A stretch of DNA of 64,000 nucleotides from an uncultured Lentisphaerales bacterium (GTDB lineage Bacteria > Verrucomicrobiota > Kiritimatiellia > RFP12 > CAZZCT01): assembly GCA_964652365.1 (NCBI GenBank), contig CAZZCT010000001.1, positions 1,593 through 65,592 of the forward strand. The letters are read 5' to 3'. Shown here piece by piece: positions 44,980 to 54,617 of the stretch (its first letter is position 1; the number at the start of each line of letters is the position of its first letter). Made by a program: the position numbers and the translations under genes. The notes under the pieces were generated by a model. That model did not search any database, was not told where the DNA came from, and saw only the letters and a program-made list of their open reading frames with translations.

Positions 44980-45234
44980 ATGAAAAGAAGAGTTCAGTAC
45001 ACCCTGCGCAACGTGCCGGAGCGGACGGACGCCCTCTTGCGTGAAACGGCCGCCGAATATGGGACCAGTCTGAACGAGGCCGCACTCGCGGCGCTCATGC
45101 GTGGCCTGGGAGCGGAGGCCGATGCCGTGGAGCATCACGACCTCGACGCCCTGATCGGAAGCTGGGTTCAGGACCCCGCCTGTGACCGAGCGTTGGCTGA
45201 CATGGACAAGATTGACGCGGAGTTGTGGACATGA
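44980..45234 (+). CDS. ribbon-helix-helix (FitA/VapB-like) antitoxin
   Basis: MKRRVQYTLRNVPERTDALLRETAAEYGTSLNEAALAAL is an RHH pattern. 84 aa. The stop overlaps the toxin ATG as ATGA. The track ORF start at 44824 lies in the repeat region. Confidence 0.75.
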   Translation: MKRRVQYTLRNVPERTDALLRETAAEYGTSLNEAALAALMRGLGAEADAVEHHDLDALIGSWVQDPACDRALADMDKIDAELWT

Positions 45235-45617
45235 GGATCGCGATCGATACAAATCGCTACCGCGACTTCTGCGAGGGGCGGGACGATGCCGTGCGCTGCT
45301 TCAGGAAGGCTTCCCATATCTGCGTGCCCTTCTGCGTGCTCGCGGAGTTGCGGGCGGGGTTCGCCTGCGGCACGCTCGCACGCCGAAACGAAGGCGGGCT
45401 GTCAACTTTCCTCAACAGCTCTCGCGTCAGGACGCTGTTTGCCGACGAACAAACGACGTTCCACTATGCGCGCATCTTCCGGCAGTTGCGCGAGCAGGGC
45501 ACGCCCATCCCGGTGAATGACATCTGGATCGCCGCCCTCGTGCAGCAGCACGATCTCGTGCTTTTCTCGCGCGACGCGCACTTCGACATCCTGCCGCAAC
45601 TGGCCCGCGCGCCCTGA
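45231..45617 (+). CDS. vapC: PIN-domain toxin, VapC family
   Basis: MRIAIDTNRY.., VPFCVLAELRAGF, PIPVNDIWIAALVQQHDLVLFSRDAHF (conserved acidic residues of PIN). Confidence 0.85.
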   Translation: MRIAIDTNRYRDFCEGRDDAVRCFRKASHICVPFCVLAELRAGFACGTLARRNEGGLSTFLNSSRVRTLFADEQTTFHYARIFRQLREQGTPIPVNDIWIAALVQQHDLVLFSRDAHFDILPQLARAP

Positions 45618-45696
45618 GTCAGCCGGCCAGCTTAGCAACCGATTCTCACCACCCGCGCGCGTCCTGGCGACGGCGTGCGCCTCCTGGCAACCGGCG

Positions 45697-47043
45697 TCAG
45701 GCGGCGCCGTGCCGCACCGCGCGCACGAGTGCATAGAGCAGCGCCGCGCCGGCCAGCCCCATGGCCGCGTACATGGCGGCGCGGCTGTTGAGTCCGCGCC
45801 GCCACGCCGGGCGCCGGGGAAGCGAACCGGGTTCGACAACACCGAGACCGGCGGCCAACGGAACCTGCCCACGCGCCAGCAGATCGGCTACCAGTGCGCC
45901 CTCGCGCGCTGCAGACGGCGAAGCATCGTCGCCAAACGTGAGCGCGGCGACTGCGCCTGGCCGCGCCACAAACACCACCTGCCAGACCTCGCCGTGTGCA
46001 GCCGTCACGGTCAGACCGCTGCTGCCGTCTGCGCCGACCGGGTAGCGCAGCACGTACTCGTCGCAGCGACTGCCGTCCAACTCGAACGTCAACTCACGTC
46101 GTACCCGGTCCTGAAAGCGCACCTGCGTGAGTGTGCGTTCGAGATATGTCCGGCGTCGGCGCGTACCGTCAGCCTGGCGCATGAAGCCTTCCAGCGTGGC
46201 AGGCCGGCAGAAGAGCGGAGCGTCTGTGCCAAACTCCACGCGCCGCAGCGGCGCGCGCCCGCCGGAGAATTTCAAGACCGCCGTCTCGTCCTCGATGGTC
46301 GTGGAAACGCTGTCCGGCGGGTAGTTCGTCAGCACCGGCAACGCTGCGCCAGGTCGGGACTCGTCGCGCCAGAACCGCACCGCCGACACCCGGAATGGCT
46401 CGCGACGCACCTGCCGGCGCACGGTCGTGAACTCCGGACCGGCGGTCTCCTCGCGCAGGTCGGACGGCACGTCGCGTTCGGCATCGAAGAAGGTCACCCG
46501 GTAGCGGTCGCAGGAGCGGGGAAACCAAGCCACATCGCACTGCCGGACATCCACGAAGCGCTCCAGCGCGTAGATCAACTCGGGGCCTGCCAGCGTCTGC
46601 CAGGCGCCTTCCGCCGCCCGGCCCTCGACCTGCACGCGTTGCGCAAAGTCGGTCAGCGGCGTCTCTACCGTCAGACCTCCGGGCGGCGGCGCCGGCGCAG
46701 CGCCCGGCGCGGACTCGAAGATCAGCTCCAGCACATTCGACGCGGCCGGCCGGGCTCGCGGCGCGCCGAATGCGCAGGGCAGTCGCACGCGCTCTACGGC
46801 CGCCGTCTCGACGCGCCGCACGACGGAGGGCAACATGCAGCCGTCGGCATCGATCACGCGCAGATCCCGCAGCCCCTCGCCGCAGGCGGCGAACACCGAT
46901 GGACTGAGCGTGACGGCCACCAGTTCTTCACGCGCCAGCGCCGGCAGCACCACAGCGGCGCGGGTCACCGCCGCCGGACGCGCGTAGGCGTAGGGTCCGG
47001 CTACGGCCAGAAGCGCCAGGTACCAGGCGACAGAGGGCTTCAC
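45697..47043 (-). CDS. DUF3999-like secreted / C-terminally anchored protein
   Basis: A GTG start overlaps the upstream stop as GTGA. Signal-like MKPSVAWYLALLAVAGPYAYA and a C-terminal hydrophobic helix (AAMYAAMGLAGAALLYALV). The pairing with a DUF2339-type gene is a known association. Confidence 0.6.
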   Translation of the reverse strand: MKPSVAWYLALLAVAGPYAYARPAAVTRAAVVLPALAREELVAVTLSPSVFAACGEGLRDLRVIDADGCMLPSVVRRVETAAVERVRLPCAFGAPRARPAASNVLELIFESAPGAAPAPPPGGLTVETPLTDFAQRVQVEGRAAEGAWQTLAGPELIYALERFVDVRQCDVAWFPRSCDRYRVTFFDAERDVPSDLREETAGPEFTTVRRQVRREPFRVSAVRFWRDESRPGAALPVLTNYPPDSVSTTIEDETAVLKFSGGRAPLRRVEFGTDAPLFCRPATLEGFMRQADGTRRRRTYLERTLTQVRFQDRVRRELTFELDGSRCDEYVLRYPVGADGSSGLTVTAAHGEVWQVVFVARPGAVAALTFGDDASPSAAREGALVADLLARGQVPLAAGLGVVEPGSLPRRPAWRRGLNSRAAMYAAMGLAGAALLYALVRAVRHGAA

Positions 47044-49475
47044 GCGTGTTCCTTCGATTCACCATGTGCGGGCCGCAGATACAGGAAAGCCGCCAGCAGC
47101 AGCACGCCGCCCAGCACGCCGGAGGCCACGATCCGGTAGATGGCGGCCAGGTGGCGCAGATCCGACAGGAAGACTTTGAGCACCACCACGGCGAAGAGCG
47201 CCAGCCCCATGTAGCGCAGCGGGCGCGCGTCGCACCGGATGCCCACGAACACCAGGCCAAAGGCGTAGAGTGTCCACGCCACCGAAATCGCCCCGGCGCG
47301 GAACTCCGGCACGTAACGCCCGAATGCGGTGCCGGTCTCGAACGTCACGTGCAGGAAGAGCACCGCCAAGGCCACATAACCGCAGGCCCGACCAATGGGG
47401 CGCGTGGCGTCCAGGTTCCGCCACGCGCGCCAGGCCCACGCCAGGAATCCCGCACCCAGCGCCACGTCAAACAACCGGACGGCACCACCCCATTCGGCAT
47501 AGCCCGCCCCGTAGCGACCGTGATCGAACTGCGGATGCCACTCGGTGAAGTCGAAGCACAGCTTGCCAGCCGCCAGCAGGAGCGCGAGTCCGGCCAGCGC
47601 ACCCAGCACACCGGGCCGCAGGCCCGGTCCACGCGCGAGCAGATAGAGACCAAAGCCAGCCCAGATCACCGTCAGGCCGGTCAGTCCGAACGAAGGCCAG
47701 GCCTGCTGCCAGAAGGCGTAGGTCTCGAGATTGAGGAACAGGAAGAGCAGTCCGTACATGGACACCAGCGCAAGCACCCCCCACGTGCCGACAGCCGGCA
47801 ATCGGGCGGCGTCAGACAACCGCACGTCGTCACGCGGCACGCGCCGCAACAGGCGCGCGCCGAGCCAGAAGGACGCCACCGGCACGCCGAACTGCATGGC
47901 GCGGTCGAGGGCCGCGCGCGCGTAGTCGGCGTGCGTGGCGGCCGCAGGCCCGGCGTAGGCGTAGCCCAGGTCGTGCAGCCCGAGCTTGGCGGCCACCAAG
48001 GCGTAGAGCGCCAGGCCGATACCGCGCAGGAAGGGGCTGTCGAGCGTCACGCCCACCCACAGCGCACAGGTGGCCAGGACCGCCCACGACATCGTCAGCC
48101 AGGCGTGGCTCAGCACGAGTGGCAGCGTCAGGGCCAGGGCGCCGGCCGCCAACCCGAGAAAGGCCGCCAAGCGCCGGCGGTCGCGTGTCGCACGATGCAA
48201 CAGCCAGTAGACGTGCGCGGTGTAATAGGCGGCCATGCCGAGCGTCAGCCAGGCCACCGAGGCTTTGCCGAAAGAGGCCTTCACCAGGTCGTACCCGCCG
48301 CCGAAAAAGATCGCGGCGACGCCGAAGAGGCCCGCCAGTTCGAGTGTCGAGGCGGGTTCACCGCGCGACAGGCCGTGGCTGAAGACGGCCGTGGTGAAGA
48401 GTGCGAAGTAGGCCGCGAAGAACGGCAGCGTCACGGCCAGCGCGCCGGTGTGCGGGGCCCAGTCCAGGGCGCTGAAGAAGACCAGGTTGTGACAGACCAC
48501 GCAGATGTAGGTCAGGGCCGGCCAGTTACGCCGCCACGCGACGACCGTCACGCCCGCCGCCAGCACGAGCAGGTAGCCGAACAGCCAGAGGTCGTGGCGC
48601 TCGGCGGTGCGCAGCATCACGGGCGTCAGGTAGCCGCCCAGGGTGCCGAGCAGCGCCGGCAGGAAAGTGCGGAAGCGCACGGCGATCACGCCGGCAACAG
48701 CCGTGACCAGCGCCATCAGGCCGAAGCCCGCCGGCACGGGCAAGAGCGCGTAGAGGTTGGTGGCGGCGAAGACGGCGAAGTAGAGGGTCGCCACGCCCGC
48801 GGCCACCAGTCCCTGACCCAGCAGGTGGTAGCGCCGGCCAAAGAGGCGCAGGCCTCCCGCCACGCCCGCGGCGCCGGACGCGAAACAGAGCGCCACACGC
48901 GCGGTCGGCCCGAGCAGGCCCTGGTCGATGGAGTGCTTGAGGAAGAAGCCCACGAAGGCCAGCACGACCAGCACACCCACGCGGGTGAGCCAGTTGGTCG
49001 CCACGGCGACCTCCACCGATATGCCCGGCTTACGGTACTCCTCGCCCACCAGCAGCCAGTTCCAGGCGGTCTGCAGCAGGCGCCCGACGCCGCTGTCCGG
49101 CGGCGGTTCCGGCGCGGGGGGCGGCATGGGGGCCCTCGGCGGCGGCGGCACGGGCGGGAGTGCGGCAGGCGGCGGGAGCGGCGCAGGTGCGACCGAGGCG
49201 GCACCCACCGCCACCGGTACGTAGGCCGGCGGCGCCGGCGGCAGTTTCGGCGGCGACACGATCGGCAGAGGCGGCACAAAGGTCGTCGCCGACGGCGTCA
49301 GTTCCGCCGCGCCGCCAAGCTCGCGCCGCAGTGCCTGCAGCGCTGCGTTCTGACGAGCCGATTCCTCGTCGAAGCGCCGGTGCAGGCGCAGAATGGCCAC
49401 CAGACACCAGATTGGCGCGACCAGCAGGCCGAAGAGGGCGCCAGCCGCCAGCAGCAATGCGAAGAACTCGTTCAT
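47040..49475 (-). CDS. DUF2339-like polytopic membrane protein with N-terminal coiled segment and Pro-rich linker
   Basis: The ATG at 49475 (AGGGAG upstream) gives MNEFFALLLAAGALFGLLVAPIW. Pro-rich PPKLPPAPPAY..PPVPPPPRAPMPPPAPEPPP is followed by many hydrophobic helices. Confidence 0.7.
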   Translation of the reverse strand: MNEFFALLLAAGALFGLLVAPIWCLVAILRLHRRFDEESARQNAALQALRRELGGAAELTPSATTFVPPLPIVSPPKLPPAPPAYVPVAVGAASVAPAPLPPPAALPPVPPPPRAPMPPPAPEPPPDSGVGRLLQTAWNWLLVGEEYRKPGISVEVAVATNWLTRVGVLVVLAFVGFFLKHSIDQGLLGPTARVALCFASGAAGVAGGLRLFGRRYHLLGQGLVAAGVATLYFAVFAATNLYALLPVPAGFGLMALVTAVAGVIAVRFRTFLPALLGTLGGYLTPVMLRTAERHDLWLFGYLLVLAAGVTVVAWRRNWPALTYICVVCHNLVFFSALDWAPHTGALAVTLPFFAAYFALFTTAVFSHGLSRGEPASTLELAGLFGVAAIFFGGGYDLVKASFGKASVAWLTLGMAAYYTAHVYWLLHRATRDRRRLAAFLGLAAGALALTLPLVLSHAWLTMSWAVLATCALWVGVTLDSPFLRGIGLALYALVAAKLGLHDLGYAYAGPAAATHADYARAALDRAMQFGVPVASFWLGARLLRRVPRDDVRLSDAARLPAVGTWGVLALVSMYGLLFLFLNLETYAFWQQAWPSFGLTGLTVIWAGFGLYLLARGPGLRPGVLGALAGLALLLAAGKLCFDFTEWHPQFDHGRYGAGYAEWGGAVRLFDVALGAGFLAWAWRAWRNLDATRPIGRACGYVALAVLFLHVTFETGTAFGRYVPEFRAGAISVAWTLYAFGLVFVGIRCDARPLRYMGLALFAVVVLKVFLSDLRHLAAIYRIVASGVLGGVLLLAAFLYLRPAHGESKEHA

Positions 49476-49565
49476 GGTTGCACTCCCTGCGCCGACACAC
49501 CCTCTGCTTGCGCTTCCCCATACCGCGGTGCGCTGCATCGCGCCGGTCAAGAAAACGGCCCGGAT

Positions 49566-49579
49566 GACCGTTAACGGTC
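49566..49579. promoter_or_regulatory. perfect 14-bp palindrome GACCGTTAACGGTC, candidate TetR operator
   Basis: Read directly. Lies ~90 nt upstream of the DUF2339 start, in the divergent intergenic region shared with the TetR gene. Confidence 0.3.
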
Positions 49580-49773
49580 TGGTCCTCACGGCGTCCCACG
49601 CACCCAAGCCTGGCCGCCGCGGCCAAGCCTCCGTGTTGTTGAGCGCCACGGGGTAGTGTACGCCGGTGCCAGGCAGCGGGCAAGATTGCCGACCGGGCGC
49701 CCCAAGGGCCTGGGGCGCCCCTATCCATCTGGCCGCACGTCGGGCCGACGTGCGCCACAGGCTGCACACGCTG

Positions 49774-49803
49774 TTGACATCCGATCAGGCCAGGCACTAC
49801 GCT
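49774..49803 (+). promoter_or_regulatory. candidate sigma-70-type promoter of the TetR gene
   Basis: TTGACA (49774..49779), 18-nt spacer, TACGCT (49798..49803). Confidence 0.3.
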
Positions 49804-49815
49804 GTCCCCGCCCAA

Positions 49816-49830
49816 CGAGGTCGTACCTCG
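49816..49830. promoter_or_regulatory. 15-bp palindrome CGAGGT-CGT-ACCTCG, candidate TetR autoregulatory operator
   Basis: Lies between the putative -10 and the TetR ATG (49846). Confidence 0.3.
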
Positions 49831-49845
49831 ACGTTGTTGTTGCCC

Positions 49846-50439
49846 ATGTCGGTTCCCGTCCAACACGAACTGCGCAAGCAGGCGATCCTGAAGCAGGCCT
49901 TGGCGGTCTTTGCGGCGGAGACCTATGCCGGCACGACCTTCCAGAAGATCGCCGACGCCTGCGACATCAGCCGCACGATCCTGTATCTCTACTTTCCCAA
50001 CAAGCAGGCCATCTTCCGCCATGCGATCCGGGAACTGACCGCCGAGATCGGCCGCGACATCGCGCGGGTCAACGCGACGGCGGGGTTGAGCGTCACCACG
50101 CGCCTGGAGCGCTCAATGCGCTGCATTCTTGAGGCCTGCCACCGCGAGCGAGCCCTGTTCCGGGTGATCCTCGAGTACCTGACCCTGCTGGCGCGGCGCG
50201 GCGGCAGCCCGCGGCAGCGCGTGCGCGCGCAGACGGCTGCCGCGCGCCGTCTCTTCCGGCGGCTGTTAACCGAGGGCGTGAGCCAGGGCGAACTGGTGGC
50301 CTGCGACATCCCGGCGACGGAAGCGCTGATCTTCGCGCTGCTGCAGGCCGCCGCGCTGCGGTTGGCGCTGCTGGATGAGCCGGACATGACCGACTTGCAC
50401 CACGCCTTCCACGCCCTGCTGGAGCGCCTCAAGGCCTGA
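49846..50439 (+). CDS. TetR/AcrR-family transcriptional regulator
   Basis: N-terminal HTH TTFQKIADACDISRTILYLYFPNKQAIF. ATG at 49846. The track start at 49666 adds Arg/Pro-rich residues. Confidence 0.85.
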   Translation: MSVPVQHELRKQAILKQALAVFAAETYAGTTFQKIADACDISRTILYLYFPNKQAIFRHAIRELTAEIGRDIARVNATAGLSVTTRLERSMRCILEACHRERALFRVILEYLTLLARRGGSPRQRVRAQTAAARRLFRRLLTEGVSQGELVACDIPATEALIFALLQAAALRLALLDEPDMTDLHHAFHALLERLKA

Positions 50440-50661
50440 CGCTCTTAGTCGGGCACGCCGCAGAGCGGTCCTCCGAGCCGGTTGCCTTCGTTCACAGGGT
50501 CCACAGCACCACCGGCACGGCGCAGAGCACCGTGCTACAGGCATTCGAGACGGGCACGAACGCCGTCGGCCAGGAAGGAGGACGAGAAGGCCGCAGGGAC
50601 GGCGGGGGCTTAAGGCGGTTAAGCACTTCCCACCCAAAGGCGCTTTCCCGGCACGGAAAAC

Positions 50662-52413
50662 CTAGTCACCGGCCGGCAGGGGGCCGGCAAGCGTCTCGAA
50701 ATCGTCGAGGGTCGAGGTCTCACCCGCGCAGATCCGCTCCTTGAGCATACGCACCTGCGGAAGTTTGTCCGCCAGCCAGCGCTTGGCCACTGCCAGCTTC
50801 TTGGGACTGGCCGTGGCGTGGTCGCAGAAGAGCGCGCCCACCACCAGGTAGATGCCCATATCAACCAGCTTGCGCGCGTAGAGGTCGCGGTAGGAGTTGC
50901 TGGCGGAGTGGGCCTTCACAAAGGCCACGGCTTCGGTCAACTGCGCCAGTTCCTCGCGCAGACGGATGACCAGGGTCTCGAGTTCGTGCGACCAGACGCG
51001 GTCGCCGAGAATCTCCTGGATCACCTCGCCGACCTGGCCGCCCATCACGCCGGCCACGGCCGCCACGACCTGCAACTGGCTCGTGCCCTCGTAGATCGTG
51101 GTGATGCGGCTGTCGCGCAGGTGGCGTTCGACGGCGTAATCCTTCATGTAGCCGCTGCCGCCCAGCACGGCCATGGCACCGTTGGCGGTGCGCATGGACA
51201 TCTCGGAGGAGTAGTACTTGGCCATGGGGGTCAGGAGCTTGTTGAATCCCTTGTACTTGCGCTCCTCGGCACGCAGGCGCTTGGCCTCGTCAGCCGGGAC
51301 GCCGGCCGCGTGTTCAAGGCGCAGGCCGAGCCCCTCCTCCAGATCGACGCTGTAGGCGGCAAAGTAGGTCAGGGCGCGGGCGGCCTGCACGTCGAGACTC
51401 ATGTCCACGAGCAGGTCGCGCACCGCCGGGAAGCTCTCGATGGCGGTGTTGAACTGCTTGCGGCTGTGGGCGTAGTCGCGCGCCACGCGGCAGGCGGCCT
51501 CACCGATGCCCAGGCTCTGGGCCGCGATGCCGATGCGGGCGCCGTTCATCAGGCTCATGACATAGGTGATCAGTCCGCGCCGGCGCTCGCCGATCAGCTT
51601 GGCCGGGGCGTCGTCGAAGAACAGCTCGCAGGTGGGGCTGCCGTGAATGCCCAGCTTGTTCTCGAGACGGCGCACCTTCACGCGCGGGCCGCGCTCGACC
51701 AGCAGGCAGGAGAGGCCGCGTCCATCGGCAATCTCGGGCTCGGTGCGGGCCAGCACCAGCAGCACCTCACCGCAGCCGTTGGTGATGAAGCGCTTCACGC
51801 CGCGCACGAACCAGTTGCCGGAGGCGTCCTGATAGGCCCGGACCTTGACCGCCTGCAGGTCGCTGCCGGCGTCGGGTTCGGTCAGCACCATCGCGCCGGT
51901 CCACTCGCCGGTGGCCATCCGCGGCAGGTATTCCTGCTTGAGCTCCTCGCTGGCAAAGGCGTTGATGGTCTCGGCAATGCCCTGCAAACCGTAGAGATTC
52001 ATCAGCGAGGCGTCCGCCCGGCTGACGATGTCGTTGGACATCGTATAGAGCAGGTTCGGGCCGTTGAGGCCGCCGAAGCGGTAGGGCAGCGTGAAGCCCA
52101 TGACGTCGGCCTGGCCCAGCAACCGGATGGCTTCGGCGATGCCCGGCGCATAGGTGACGCTGCCGTCGGGGTTCAGCGTGTTGCCCACCGTGTCGGTCTC
52201 GGCCGCCGTCGGCGCGACGCGCTCGCCGGCGATCTCGCCGATGACGCTGAGGATGCGCTGGTAGTTGTCGAGCGCCTCGGCCGTATCGGCCGGCGCGAAA
52301 TCGAACTCCTTCGCATACCGGAAGTTGTCTTCCCGCAGCGCGGCCACGCGCGCCAGGTTCATGTGCCGGAAGAGAAACTGGATGTCCTCGTTGTCGGTGT
52401 AGAAGTTCGCCAT
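50662..52413 (-). CDS. acyl-CoA dehydrogenase, long (~580 aa) form with extra C-terminal domain
   Basis: WTGAMVLTEPDAGSDL, VKRFITNG, HGSPTCELFFDD, RITTIYEGTSQLQ. Confidence 0.9.
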   Translation of the reverse strand: MANFYTDNEDIQFLFRHMNLARVAALREDNFRYAKEFDFAPADTAEALDNYQRILSVIGEIAGERVAPTAAETDTVGNTLNPDGSVTYAPGIAEAIRLLGQADVMGFTLPYRFGGLNGPNLLYTMSNDIVSRADASLMNLYGLQGIAETINAFASEELKQEYLPRMATGEWTGAMVLTEPDAGSDLQAVKVRAYQDASGNWFVRGVKRFITNGCGEVLLVLARTEPEIADGRGLSCLLVERGPRVKVRRLENKLGIHGSPTCELFFDDAPAKLIGERRRGLITYVMSLMNGARIGIAAQSLGIGEAACRVARDYAHSRKQFNTAIESFPAVRDLLVDMSLDVQAARALTYFAAYSVDLEEGLGLRLEHAAGVPADEAKRLRAEERKYKGFNKLLTPMAKYYSSEMSMRTANGAMAVLGGSGYMKDYAVERHLRDSRITTIYEGTSQLQVVAAVAGVMGGQVGEVIQEILGDRVWSHELETLVIRLREELAQLTEAVAFVKAHSASNSYRDLYARKLVDMGIYLVVGALFCDHATASPKKLAVAKRWLADKLPQVRMLKERICAGETSTLDDFETLAGPLPAGD

Positions 52414-52503
52414 GGTGGTTGTGCCCTTCTGTGCCCGGTCGCCGCCGACCGGCGGGACGCTGACTCGATAATCACTAGCTGATGGTCGTGGGTTGCCGGC
52501 GCC

Positions 52504-53571
52504 TTACGCGTGCGCACCTGCGGTCTTGACGGCCTGGGTCAGGCTCGCGCCGCTGCGGATGGTCTTGATCATCTTGGGGACAACCTCGTTCAGGTCGCCC
52601 ACGATGCCGTAGTGCGCGATGCCGAAGATCGGCGCATCCTTGTCGATGTTGATGGCCAGGATCTTGGCCGACTCCTGCATGCCGGCGCGATGCTGCACGG
52701 CGCCGGAGACGCCGCAGCAAATGTAGAGCGCCGGGCGCACCGTGGTGCCCGTCTGGCCGACCTGGTGGTCGTGATCCACGTACCCCAGGTCCACGGCCGC
52801 GCGGCTGCCGCCGACGGCGCCGCCGAGAATGTTGGCCAGGTCCCAGATCAGGCGGAAGTTCTCGCGGCTGCCCACGCCGGCGCCGCCGCTGACGATAATG
52901 CGCGCCCCCTTGAGGTTGACCTTCTTGGGCCGCCGCTGCGACTCGAGCACCTCCGTCGGCAGGGTGATGCCGGACAGGTTGACCGGGCAACGGACCGTGA
53001 CGCCGGCGCGTCCGGGCTGGGGCACGGACATGCGCATGACGCCTTCACGAACCGTGGCCATCTGCGGCCAGCGGTGCGGGTTGACGATCGTGGCGATGAT
53101 GTTGCCGCCAAAGGCGGGCCGGATCTGGAGCAGCAGATTGGCAATCCGCTCCTTGCTCTGCGGGTCGGTATGCTCGCCGATCTCAAGATCGGTGCAGTCG
53201 GCCGTCAGCCCGCACTTCATCGCCGAGGCGACGGTCGGCGCGAGGTCGCGTCCCATGGCCGTGGCGCCGAAAAGGCAGATCTGCGGTTTGTGGTGTGTGA
53301 TCAGCTCACAGACCACGTGGGTGAAACTGGCCGTCTGGTAGTGAGCCAGCAGCGGCGCATCGGCCAGGTAGACCCGGTCGGCGCCGTGCAGCACGAGCTG
53401 GCCGGCCAGATCGGATACGCCGTGGCCCAGCAGCACGGCCCCCAGCGGCACCTGCAGCTGGTCCGCCAGTTCACGGCCCTTACTGAGCAGTTCGAGCGGC
53501 ACGTCGGACAGGCGCCCGGCCTCCTGCTCCGCGAACACCCATACCTCGCCCTGTCGGTTGACTTCAATCAT
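52504..53571 (-). CDS. etfA: electron transfer flavoprotein alpha subunit (EtfA/FixB type)
   Basis: RIIVSGGAGVG and GQTGTTVRPALYICCGVSGAVQHRAGM (FAD-binding signature). Confidence 0.9.
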   Translation of the reverse strand: MIEVNRQGEVWVFAEQEAGRLSDVPLELLSKGRELADQLQVPLGAVLLGHGVSDLAGQLVLHGADRVYLADAPLLAHYQTASFTHVVCELITHHKPQICLFGATAMGRDLAPTVASAMKCGLTADCTDLEIGEHTDPQSKERIANLLLQIRPAFGGNIIATIVNPHRWPQMATVREGVMRMSVPQPGRAGVTVRCPVNLSGITLPTEVLESQRRPKKVNLKGARIIVSGGAGVGSRENFRLIWDLANILGGAVGGSRAAVDLGYVDHDHQVGQTGTTVRPALYICCGVSGAVQHRAGMQESAKILAINIDKDAPIFGIAHYGIVGDLNEVVPKMIKTIRSGASLTQAVKTAGAHA

Positions 53572-53590
53572 GTTGGCATCCTCTCGGTCT

Positions 53591-54499
53591 TCACCCGATC
53601 GTGTGATCTTCGATCAGTTCGCCCATCAGTTGGCCCACGCCATCGTCCGTGGCGGGGAACTCTTTGTACTCCCCACCCGCCAGTACGATCGACTGGATCC
53701 GGTGGACCTTGGTCGGGCTGCCTGAACCGCCGCACCAGGCCAGGTCGGCCTGCACGTCGTCCAGGTTCCATTGTGTGATGAGCAGATCCTGCGCAGCCAG
53801 TTCGGCGCAGCGACGCGCGGACTCGGCGCTCCTGGCTTCGGGCGTGGAGGCCGCCATGGCGCCCTCAACAGCCTTGGAGACCTCGGCGGTCGAGCGGGCC
53901 TTCTTGTACTTGAGCATGCGCCGGACCGAGGGCGGCCGCGGCTGGTTAGCCGAGTCCATGACCGTGAAGAGTGCCGGCAGGCTCGACTTCACGACTTCGA
54001 AGCCGTTGCCGATGTTGCGGCGTACGCGGGCCGAACGCCCGTCAAGCTGCAGAGCTTCGAGGTAGGTCACCAGCGTGAAACCGATCTTTTCGGCCAATTG
54101 GGGGCCAACCTGGGCGGTGTCGCCGTCGATGGCCTGACGGCCGCAGAAGATCAGGTCGGGCTGCAGCTTGCGGATGGCGCAGGAGAGGATGTAGCTGGTT
54201 GCCAGCGTGTCCGAAGCCGCGGCCCGGCGGTCGGTGATCAGGGCCACGCGGTCGGCCCCGCGGTAGAGCGCGTCGCGCAGCACGTCGCAGGCGGCCGGCA
54301 GCCCCATCGAGATGACGGTCACCGATCCGCCGTGGCGGTCGCGCACCTGCAGGGCGGCCTCCAGGGCGTTGAGATCCTCGGGGTTGAAGATGGCCGGCAA
54401 GGCCGCGCGGTTGACGGTGCCGTCCTCGCGCATGGCCTGCCCGGTGATCCGCTTGGTATCCGGCACTTGCTTGACGCACACGACGCAGTTATAGCCCAC
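53591..54499 (-). CDS. etfB: electron transfer flavoprotein beta subunit (EtfB/FixA type)
   Basis: A GTG start at 54499 (GGGGAG 8 nt upstream) gives (M)GYNCVVCVKQVPDT. Also PEDLNALEAAL and GRQAIDGDTAQVGP. The track ORF extends upstream with Arg/Trp-rich residues. Confidence 0.85.
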   Translation of the reverse strand: MGYNCVVCVKQVPDTKRITGQAMREDGTVNRAALPAIFNPEDLNALEAALQVRDRHGGSVTVISMGLPAACDVLRDALYRGADRVALITDRRAAASDTLATSYILSCAIRKLQPDLIFCGRQAIDGDTAQVGPQLAEKIGFTLVTYLEALQLDGRSARVRRNIGNGFEVVKSSLPALFTVMDSANQPRPPSVRRMLKYKKARSTAEVSKAVEGAMAASTPEARSAESARRCAELAAQDLLITQWNLDDVQADLAWCGGSGSPTKVHRIQSIVLAGGEYKEFPATDDGVGQLMGELIEDHTIG

Positions 54500-54617
54500 G
54501 ATGGTCACTCCCCGATTAGGTCCAGGTCCATGCGCTCGGGATTCCCCGCCAAGCGGACGAACCCGGTGAAAAGTCCGCACACGATGGCAAAGCCAACCCC
54601 GCCCGTCAAGGCCGGAT

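Noticed and set aside
47046-49574. 842-aa + strand ORF
   Set aside because: Antisense to the DUF2339 membrane-protein gene. The extremely Arg/Gly/Glu/His-rich translation is incompatible with a folded protein, whereas the minus frame gives coherent transmembrane helices.
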